The position numbers and the translations under genes are program-made. The notes beneath the pieces are model-generated. The model made no database searches, had not been told where the DNA came from, and was given only the letters and a program-made list of their open reading frames with translations. Shown here in pieces: positions 6,999 to 13,999 of a DNA stretch of 38,492 bases. Numbering within the stretch: position 1 is the stretch's first letter; every line of letters begins with the position of its first letter. Source of the DNA: Dehalococcoidales bacterium (GTDB taxonomy: Bacteria > Chloroflexota > Dehalococcoidia > Dehalococcoidales > CSSed11-197); contig JAQWDO010000001.1 of NCBI GenBank assembly GCA_028705415.1, forward strand, positions 1-38,492, read 5' to 3'.

Positions 6999-8473
6999 TG
7001 GCTGAGAATATTATCTGGATATCGGGCATACCAGCGCTTCTTTCATCAGGCCTGGTGCTGTTGGTTTCCCGCTGTTTCAAACGTGCCGGCAACCATCACT
7101 ACAGCTTGCTGGCCATAATACAGGCGGTAATATATATGGGGCTGAGCATCTGGATGGCCAGCTTAAACCGCCCGGTAGAATTATCCGGCAATGGTTATTT
7201 TTATATGGATACGCTGGCTGTTTTTGAAATACTGATTACGGCTGCGTTATTTTTACTGGCAGCAATATACTCCCGCGGGTATATAGACAGCCTGCTCAAG
7301 CAAGAAGAAATCGAAGAATCACTGCTTCCCGTTTTCTATGGGTCTTTCTGTTTGCTTGAGACAGTTCTTATAATGGGCTTTTTATCCAACAACCTGGCGC
7401 TTTTATGGATATTTATAGAACTCTCAACCATATTTTCAGCCGTGCTTATAGTTACTCTGAAAGCCAGGGAAAATATTACCGCTGCGCTTAAATACGTTTT
7501 CGTGGCATCTACCTCCATGCTGTTTACTTTCATGGGCATCATCATTCTGTTTAGTTTGAGCCAGGAAGCAATCAGCGGCGGGAGCCTCAACTGGAACAGC
7601 CTGATGGAAAACGCAGCCGGTTTTAACCAGAGTGCTTTCAACGTCGCCTTTATCCTGATGCTTATCGGTTTTGGAGCCAAATCGGGGATGGTCCCCTTCC
7701 ATACCTGGATGCCGCAAGCGTATGCTAAAGCTCCTTCAGCGGTATCGGTAATGTATGGCCCGGTACTTAACCTGGGGCTGTTTGCCATTATCCGCTTATT
7801 TTCTATCAGTCATCAGACGGGTGACACCGGGCTGGTGAATACAACCCTGCTTTCGATTGGAACGCTGACCATAGGTGTGGCAGCTTTTAGCCTGCTTGCC
7901 AGAACCAATACCAAAAAAGTCATTGCATTTTCTGCCATAGAACAAACAGGGCTTGCCCTGGTTGGTATGGGGCTCGCCAGCCCGCTGGCATTTTTCTGGG
8001 TGGTTTTCAACCAGCTTGCCCAACCCTTTATTAAAGCACTGCTGTTTTTTTCAGCAGGAATATGGCACCGGCAATATCTTTCCAACAAATTCAGTGCAGT
8101 TATCCAGCCGATGAGCCATCAGCCACTCGCCAGCATCGGGCTTATTGCCGGCATAGCCGCGGCTGCAGGTACGCCGCTGCTGCCGGTTTTTCTGGTCAAA
8201 TTCAATATACTCAGCGTGCTGGCAGAAAAACCACTGTTGTTCTTCGTAGTTCTTTTATTATTTATGGTTGTGGCTGCCGGCATGGGATATTACTTCCTCA
8301 GGGCTTTCAGCCAGAAGGGTGAAGCAGAAATCGGTCTGTTTAAAACACCGCTTTCAATGAAAGTGCCGATAATCGTTTGTATGGTGATTATTCTGATCCT
8401 CGGCGTGCACGTACCCTCGTGGTTAACCGGCATTATAAATACTATTTGTGCTGAACTGGGGATATGCGCATGA
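6998..8473 (+). CDS. HyfF-like (NuoN/NuoM antiporter-type) membrane subunit
   Basis: 491 aa with the antiporter-like motif GAKSGMVPFHTWMPQAYAKAPSAVSVMYGPVLNLGLFAIIR. Confidence 0.85.
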   Translation: MAENIIWISGIPALLSSGLVLLVSRCFKRAGNHHYSLLAIIQAVIYMGLSIWMASLNRPVELSGNGYFYMDTLAVFEILITAALFLLAAIYSRGYIDSLLKQEEIEESLLPVFYGSFCLLETVLIMGFLSNNLALLWIFIELSTIFSAVLIVTLKARENITAALKYVFVASTSMLFTFMGIIILFSLSQEAISGGSLNWNSLMENAAGFNQSAFNVAFILMLIGFGAKSGMVPFHTWMPQAYAKAPSAVSVMYGPVLNLGLFAIIRLFSISHQTGDTGLVNTTLLSIGTLTIGVAAFSLLARTNTKKVIAFSAIEQTGLALVGMGLASPLAFFWVVFNQLAQPFIKALLFFSAGIWHRQYLSNKFSAVIQPMSHQPLASIGLIAGIAAAAGTPLLPVFLVKFNILSVLAEKPLLFFVVLLLFMVVAAGMGYYFLRAFSQKGEAEIGLFKTPLSMKVPIIVCMVIILILGVHVPSWLTGIINTICAELGICA

Positions 8474-10038
8474 TGGATATCGTTACAACCGGGCTAATGA
8501 CTCACCTTGAATCCAGGCAAATTGGCAGCCGTTTCTCCCGGGGGGAAGGTGGGGAATACTATTTGCGCGTTCCCGGCGATGGAATCATAGAAGCTGCCGG
8601 ATGGCTGGCTAACCGGGAAGATCTTGCCCTTATCGGCATTTGGGCAGTTCCAGGCCATGAAAAAGATTGTCTTGAACTATACTATGCCTTTGAATTAAAG
8701 CAACCGTCCCCAGCCCTGGTTATGATTGCCGAGGTTAAAAACAACCAGGCGCCTTCCATATACAAAATATTCCCGGCAGCAATCAACTTTGAACGCAGAG
8801 CCAGAGACTGGTACGGCCTGGATTTTACCAGCCTGCCCGATACCCGCCGCCTGCTCCTGCACGAAGCCTACCCGGCAGATTTCCACCCAATGGTCGATTC
8901 AGATCCAGAGACACTTTCAAGTAACCTGGCCACTACCGAATACTCATTCAAGAAGTTTGAAGGCGAAGGCCTTTACCAGGTTCCGGTAGGCCCTGTGCAT
9001 GCCGGAATTATAGAACCGGGCCATTTTCGCTTCAGCGTTATCGGGGAAACCATTTTCAACCTCGAGTTAAGGCTGGGATATAAACACCGGGGCTTAAACA
9101 AACTGGCTGAAGGTAAAACCGTAGCTGAGGTAAACAAATTATCAGAGAGCATCAGCGGGGATGAAAGCGCGGTTAATGCCTGCTCTTTCTCACTGGCAGT
9201 AGAAAAGATAGCCGGCGCTGAACTCCCAAAACGAGCATGGGAGTTGCGAACGATCCTCCTTGAAATGGAGCGCCTGTACTCTCACCTTGGGGATCTGGCA
9301 GGAATGCTGGTAGATGTAGGTTACCCAATCGGGGCTTCTCCGTTCTTTATTCTTCGAGAGGAAATAATGCGCTGGAACGCCACCTTTACCGGTTCCAGAT
9401 TTCTCAAGGGTGCAATTATACCGGGTGGATTAAGCCGGGATATAGAAGATGGTATGCTCCAGAAGTTCAAGTTTTTTCTGGTTACTTTTTCCCGCCGCAT
9501 GAGAAAGGCACTGTCTGATGTTGATGAATCTGCCTGGGTAATTGACAGGTTCGAAACTACCGGAATTGTATCACCGGAACTGGTAGCGCCTCTGAGCCTC
9601 AGCGGACCGGTAGCCCGTGCTTCCGGCTATGATGGTGATACCAGGCAGTTGCACACTTACGGAGTTTATACGGGTTTAAAGTATACGATACCGGTTAAAA
9701 CCTCCGGTGACGTGCTGGCCAGGTTCAGGGTAAAAGCAGAGGAAGCGGCTTCTTCAATTGATATAATAAGTGAAACCATTGCCCGTTGCTCTCCCGGGCC
9801 GGTTTTTTCGGGTTTTGACCCGGGATCCGGCCAGGCCATAGCAATGCTTGAAGCTCCACGAGGCCGGAATATTCACTGGCTGAGAGTAAAAAACGGCACA
9901 GTTGAGCACTGGGAGGTGATCACCGCTTCCTTCTGTAACTGGCCGGCCATTGAACATGCCGTCATAAACAACATCCTGCCGGATTTTCCGGTGATAAATA
10001 AAAGCTTTAATTTATCCTACGCTGGAAACGATCTTTAA
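8464..10038 (+). CDS. HycE/HyfG-like large subunit (NuoC-NuoD fusion) lacking all [NiFe]-ligand cysteines
   Basis: The NuoC-like part has FPAAINFERRARDWYGLDF. The NuoD/HycE-like part has VGPVHAGIIEPGHFRFSVIGE and LEAPRGRNIHW. SESISGDESAVN (9142-9177) replaces the RxCGxCxxxH motif. The terminal FNLSYAGNDL (10006-10035) replaces DPCxxCxxR/H. Confidence 0.85.
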   Translation: MRMMDIVTTGLMTHLESRQIGSRFSRGEGGEYYLRVPGDGIIEAAGWLANREDLALIGIWAVPGHEKDCLELYYAFELKQPSPALVMIAEVKNNQAPSIYKIFPAAINFERRARDWYGLDFTSLPDTRRLLLHEAYPADFHPMVDSDPETLSSNLATTEYSFKKFEGEGLYQVPVGPVHAGIIEPGHFRFSVIGETIFNLELRLGYKHRGLNKLAEGKTVAEVNKLSESISGDESAVNACSFSLAVEKIAGAELPKRAWELRTILLEMERLYSHLGDLAGMLVDVGYPIGASPFFILREEIMRWNATFTGSRFLKGAIIPGGLSRDIEDGMLQKFKFFLVTFSRRMRKALSDVDESAWVIDRFETTGIVSPELVAPLSLSGPVARASGYDGDTRQLHTYGVYTGLKYTIPVKTSGDVLARFRVKAEEAASSIDIISETIARCSPGPVFSGFDPGSGQAIAMLEAPRGRNIHWLRVKNGTVEHWEVITASFCNWPAIEHAVINNILPDFPVINKSFNLSYAGNDL

Positions 10039-10040
10039 AA

Positions 10041-10562
10041 ATGCACAAAATCATAAGAAATATATTCAGTAGAAAGCTTTCATCCGTTAAAGACCCGACC
10101 ACGGAAGATTTCGAAATTACTGGCTTACAACTCAAGGAACATGTATGCAGGGTTTTTGGCCGCAGCCTGGCCATACGCGAGCTCGATTCAGGCTCGGATA
10201 ACTCTGCTGAGATCGAGCTAAACAACCTCAGCACTCCACATTATGATATCGAAAGGTTTGGAGTTAGCTTTGTTGCTTCTCCAAGGCATGCTGATGTGCT
10301 CCTTATCACCGGGGCAGTTACCCGCAACATGCAGGAAGCTGTAATGAAAACTTATGCCGCAATGCCCCGCCCCTGCTGGGTGATTGCCGTTGGGGACGAT
10401 GCCTGTGGCGAAGGGCTATTAAATGGCAGCTACGGAGTTCTTGGTGGAGCAGACAAGGTCCTGCCAGTAGATTTTAAAATCCCCGGAAACCCACCCGCTC
10501 CATTAGAAATAATGCAAGGCCTGGCTTCATTCATGGAAAGCATTCGCCAGCCGAAAGCCTGA
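10041..10562 (+). CDS. HycG/HyfI-like (NuoB-type) small subunit lacking three of four [4Fe-4S] cysteine ligands
   Basis: YDIERFGVSFVASPRHADVLLITGAVTRNM and VLPVDFKIPGNPPAP are NuoB/HycG signatures. GSDNSAE replaces GSCNGCE, and PGNPP replaces PGCPP. Only C122 (GDDACGEG) remains near a ligand position. Confidence 0.8.
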   Translation: MHKIIRNIFSRKLSSVKDPTTEDFEITGLQLKEHVCRVFGRSLAIRELDSGSDNSAEIELNNLSTPHYDIERFGVSFVASPRHADVLLITGAVTRNMQEAVMKTYAAMPRPCWVIAVGDDACGEGLLNGSYGVLGGADKVLPVDFKIPGNPPAPLEIMQGLASFMESIRQPKA

Positions 10563-10635
10563 CCGTCGCGACTTTTATCCTTTTTATGACGTTGCCCGGG
10601 AACTGCTCCCGGCACCGGAAAGAAAGCGCACCTGC

Positions 10636-11013
10636 TTATTCATTTTCCATTACTTCAAGGTGCTTTTTAAAAATTTTCGGGTGGGGCGCTTTAACGACCA
10701 TAAATTCCAGTATTTGGTCATCACGGTTACTAACATTCATTCTGGTGTTAAAGGGAATTTTCACAATCTGCCCATACTTATAAACATGGGGCTCCTGATC
10801 ATCCAGCCTGAGGGACAAATTGCCTCGCATTACGATCATATAAACATTGGAATTTGAGTAATGTTCGGGAAGAGCGGCATCTTTTGGCAGAATCATATGG
10901 TTGATCTGAGCCGCATCATCCTGAACGATCTGTTCAATTGTTTTTTCCTCTTTAGTTGAATAGTTAAATATATTCTCTATCATGGAGCACCTGCCGTTTT
11001 TAATCTGAGTCAT
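10636..11013 (-). CDS. Cupin-domain protein
   Basis: 125 aa. The segment ILPKDAALPEHYSNSNVYMIVMRGNLSLRLDD...GQIVKIPFNTRMNVSN has the two-motif cupin beta-barrel look. It lies downstream of the Crp/Fnr gene on the same strand. Confidence 0.5.
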   Translation of the reverse strand: MTQIKNGRCSMIENIFNYSTKEEKTIEQIVQDDAAQINHMILPKDAALPEHYSNSNVYMIVMRGNLSLRLDDQEPHVYKYGQIVKIPFNTRMNVSNRDDQILEFMVVKAPHPKIFKKHLEVMENE

Positions 11014-11102
11014 GGGAGCATCACCCTGCCGATAACAGCACTAGCTCAATTGCTTGATGATCCTGCTCTCCTATAATCCTTTTGTATATATACTATTATT
11101 AC

Positions 11103-11795
11103 TCACTGAATTGAATTCTCCAGCTTTAAAATATCGTTAATGGTAATATTCGAACCTTTAAACTCAATAATACCATCATCACGCATCAAGGCCATTTCTC
11201 TGGATAAAGACGGTCGCGGGATATTCAGATAATCTGCAAGCTCGTGTCTTTTCATTGCCAGAACGAAATCTTTATTACCTGTATCCAGATATAAATCAAG
11301 CAAATAGCTGCTGATCCTGCCTCTAATGTTTTTAGCCGAGATATGCTCAATTTTTTTATCTAACATTGAAGCCCGGTTGGACAAAATCTGAAGCATGTTC
11401 ATAATGAGCGTGCTGTGTGAAGTACAGATATTTGAGCAAGTCCCGGTTATCTTGTCCGGCGGCAGAAAAAGCAGGACGCAATCCTCCTGGGCTATAACCG
11501 TCATAGGCCAAATTCTGTGGTCGGAAAAGGCTACAATCTCCCCGAATATATCACCAGCTTCGAGTATCCCCATAATAATACGGTTGCCGGAATATGTTTC
11601 CTTTGTAAGCGCCAACTTGCCACAGGCAATAATGCCGATGCCTTGAAACGGCTGGCCATGGACAGCGACAATCTCCCGTTGTTTATATTCGCGCACTGCT
11701 GGCTTCAGACAGCCAAGCATAACATTCAGAGAATCGCTGGAGATATTTCGAAAAAGTAAAGCAGACTTTAAAGTATCAATCCATTCCAAATACAT
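11103..11795 (-). CDS. Crp/Fnr-family transcriptional regulator (HcpR-like by context)
   Basis: It has an N-terminal cNMP-binding-like beta-roll (GDIFGE) and a C-terminal HTH (RHELADYLNIPRPSLSREMALMRDDGII). It is divergent from hcp. Confidence 0.8.
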   Translation of the reverse strand: MYLEWIDTLKSALLFRNISSDSLNVMLGCLKPAVREYKQREIVAVHGQPFQGIGIIACGKLALTKETYSGNRIIMGILEAGDIFGEIVAFSDHRIWPMTVIAQEDCVLLFLPPDKITGTCSNICTSHSTLIMNMLQILSNRASMLDKKIEHISAKNIRGRISSYLLDLYLDTGNKDFVLAMKRHELADYLNIPRPSLSREMALMRDDGIIEFKGSNITINDILKLENSIQ

Positions 11796-11812
11796 CTAAA
11801 ACCTTCTATATG

Positions 11813-11826
11813 GTAACACACGTTAC
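11813..11826. promoter_or_regulatory. Inverted repeat GTAAC-N4-GTTAC, candidate Crp/Fnr (HcpR-type) box
   Basis: A perfect 5-N4-5 palindrome in the 110-bp crp/hcp divergent region. It has the same geometry as the FNR box TTGAT-N4-ATCAA. -10-like hexamers (TATTAG 11846-11851, GATTAT 11851-11856) lie 20-30 bp downstream toward hcp. Confidence 0.45.
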
Positions 11827-11905
11827 AGCTTTCATTTTGCCATTGTATTAGATTATATCTGACAGTGCAAATGGACTGTAAATAAAAAAAATTGGGAGGC
11901 AAATA

Positions 11906-13468
11906 ATGAATGACATGTTCTGTTTTCAATGCGAGCAGACAGCCAGGGGTACCGGCTGTACCAAAACAGGTGTCTGTGGCAAGAACCCTGATGTATCGCG
12001 AAAGCAAGACGAGTTGACCTGTTCCCTGATAGGACTGGCACGCTCTGCTGAGGGGAAAATACCGGGCAAAAACGCTGATGAACTGATGATGCAGGGCCTT
12101 TTCGCAACCCTGACCAACGTCAACTTCGATCCTGAACGCATTGATGAGCTTAAGATGCGGATTGAAACCGAAAAGGGGAAACTTGGCGGTGGCAAAGATT
12201 ATGACCCGGATAACCTCTTCCAGGGTGAAACTGATATTGTTTCTCTCCGCTCGACACTCCTTTTTGGAATGAGGGGCATGGCGGCGTATGCCTGGCATGC
12301 TCATATACTCGGTAAGGATGATTCCGAAGTTACTGCCTGGCTTTACAAAGGGATGAGAGAGATCGGCGCAGATCACGAAGTGGATAAGTGGTTATCCCTG
12401 ATTATGGAATTCGGACAGATCAATCTCAAGTGTATGGCCTTGCTGGATGAAGCCAACACTTCAGCTTACGGACACCCCGTACCTGCCACGGTAAGCATGA
12501 AAGTAGAAAAGGGGCCGTTTATCGTAGTTACTGGCCATGACCTGCTGGACCTCAAACACCTTCTCGAGCAAACAGAAGGTAAGGGAATCAATATTTACAC
12601 CCATGGCGAGATGCTGCCTGCACACGGCTACCCGGAACTGAGGAAGTATTCCCATCTGAAAGGCAATTACGGAACTGCGTGGCAAAACCAGCAGAAGGAA
12701 TTCGACCACCTGCCAGCACCAATTCTTTACACCACCAACTGTATCATGCCACCAAGGGAAACCTATGCCGAAAACATATTCACCACAGCAGTGGTTGGTT
12801 ATCCGGGGCTCAAGCATGTGCCGGACAAGGATCAAAAGAAAGACTTCACTCCGGTTATTGAAAAAGCGCTTGAGTTGGGTGGCTGGGACGAGGACAAGCA
12901 GTTCACCGGGATTAACGGGGGAACAGAACTGATGACCGGCTTTGCCAGAAATACGGTGATGGGAGTGGCAGACAAAGTTATTGAAGCGGTGAAATCAGGA
13001 GATCTCAAGCACATCTTTTTGGTGGGCGGCTGTGATGGAGCCAAACCTGGACGTAACTACTATACTGAATTCGTAAAACAGACTCCGGCCAATACGATAG
13101 TACTGACCCTTGCCTGTGGCAAATTCCGCTTTAACGACCTCAACATTGGCGAGCTTGCAGGCCTGCCACGTTTACTCGACATGGGGCAATGCAATGATGC
13201 CTATTCAGCCATCCATGTAGCTGCTGCACTGGCAAAGGCATTTGATTGCAGTGTCAACGACTTACCGCTTTCCATGGTGATCTCATGGTACGAACAAAAA
13301 GCAGTTTGTATTTTGCTTACGCTTCTGTCTCTTGGAATCAAGAACATCTACCTTGGGCCTTCATTGCCTGCTTTCATATCTTCCGCTGTGCTTAATGTCC
13401 TGGTGGAAAAGTTCGACCTTAAACCAATTTCAACTCCCGAAGCTGATATGAAGGCTATGTTAGGGTAA
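11906..13468 (+). CDS. hcp: Hybrid cluster protein (hydroxylamine reductase)
   Basis: The N-terminus MFCFQCEQTARGTGCTKTGVCGK is the Hcp cubane-cluster motif. GGGAGG lies 8 nt before the ATG. 520 aa. Confidence 0.9.
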   Translation: MNDMFCFQCEQTARGTGCTKTGVCGKNPDVSRKQDELTCSLIGLARSAEGKIPGKNADELMMQGLFATLTNVNFDPERIDELKMRIETEKGKLGGGKDYDPDNLFQGETDIVSLRSTLLFGMRGMAAYAWHAHILGKDDSEVTAWLYKGMREIGADHEVDKWLSLIMEFGQINLKCMALLDEANTSAYGHPVPATVSMKVEKGPFIVVTGHDLLDLKHLLEQTEGKGINIYTHGEMLPAHGYPELRKYSHLKGNYGTAWQNQQKEFDHLPAPILYTTNCIMPPRETYAENIFTTAVVGYPGLKHVPDKDQKKDFTPVIEKALELGGWDEDKQFTGINGGTELMTGFARNTVMGVADKVIEAVKSGDLKHIFLVGGCDGAKPGRNYYTEFVKQTPANTIVLTLACGKFRFNDLNIGELAGLPRLLDMGQCNDAYSAIHVAAALAKAFDCSVNDLPLSMVISWYEQKAVCILLTLLSLGIKNIYLGPSLPAFISSAVLNVLVEKFDLKPISTPEADMKAMLG

Positions 13469-13485
13469 ACACCATAAGGCAGACT

Positions 13486-13523
13486 TATATAAGGCAGGCT
13501 TGAGAGTAAGCCTGCCTTATATA
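13486..13523 (+). terminator. Strong hairpin terminator after hcp
   Basis: TATATAAGGCAGGCTT-gagagt-AAGCCTGCCTTATATA gives a 16-bp stem starting 18 nt after the hcp stop. The flanks are AT-rich rather than a clean U-tract. Confidence 0.65.
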
Positions 13524-13602
13524 TCAATAAAGGATTCTAATAATAAATGCATGGGCAATCAACAGGAAGTATCAAGGAAGCGCTTGAAAACAGAAGGAAA
13601 AA

Positions 13603-13678
13603 TGGTGGAGATAGGGGGATTCGAACCCCCGACCTCGGCGATGCGAACGCCGCGCTCTCCCAATTGAGCTATATCCCC
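13603..13678 (-). tRNA. tRNA-Ala (anticodon CGC)
   Basis: The reverse complement folds as a cloverleaf: GGGGATA-TA-GCTC-AATTGGGA-GAGC-G-CGGCG-TTCGCAT-CGCCG-AGGTC-GGGGG-TTCGAAT-CCCCC-TATCTCC-A-CCA. It has the G3:U70 alanine identity pair and an encoded CCA. Confidence 0.93.
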
Positions 13679-13796
13679 ACTGAGGAATTATTATAGCATA
13701 CGGCTACACCGGTTAAAATCAGCTTTACTCGTTCCGCTGATTTTCGGGGACTGCTTTCCTTGTTTGCCTTGCTCGATTATTGCTGGCGTCAAGTCA

Positions 13797-13854
13797 TGTT
13801 TCCGTATGTACGGGCACAATCCGTGTGAGATTCTTCGCTTACGCTCTGAATGAC
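13797..13854 (-). repeat. Solo inverted copy of the repeat-family core
   Basis: The minus strand reads GTCATTCAGAGCGTAAGCGAAGAATCTCACACGGATTGTGCCCGTACATACGGAAACA. At 58 nt it has the same length and end motifs as the core at 1420-1477. Confidence 0.8.
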
Positions 13855-13958
13855 ATATCAAGAGGTGATTACCCAATACGGTTAAAATCCTGCTCGGCCA
13901 GCTTGAAACCGATAAATCGGGCAATCTGGGATAATTATAATCCTGCCGGAAGCCTTTC

Positions 13959-13987
13959 TTGTAAGCTAAAAACAATGTTGTTATACT
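13959..13987 (+). promoter_or_regulatory. sigma70-type promoter of gatB (TTGTAA-N17-TATACT)
   Basis: TTGTAA at 13959-13964, a 17-nt spacer, then TATACT at 13982-13987. The -10 ends only 12 nt before the gatB ATG. Confidence 0.45.
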
Positions 13988-13999
13988 TAACAGGTTAAA

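Noticed and set aside
10563-10635. Weak hairpin CCGGGA-actgc-TCCCGG between the convergent Hyf-like operon and the cupin gene
   Set aside because: It has only a 6-bp stem and no U-tract on either side, which is too weak to call a terminator with any confidence.
11768-12376. 202-aa minus-strand ORF spanning the hcp 5' region and the crp/hcp spacer
   Set aside because: It is antisense to hcp and overlaps the crp start and the regulatory palindrome. hcp has an unmistakable N-terminal cluster motif.
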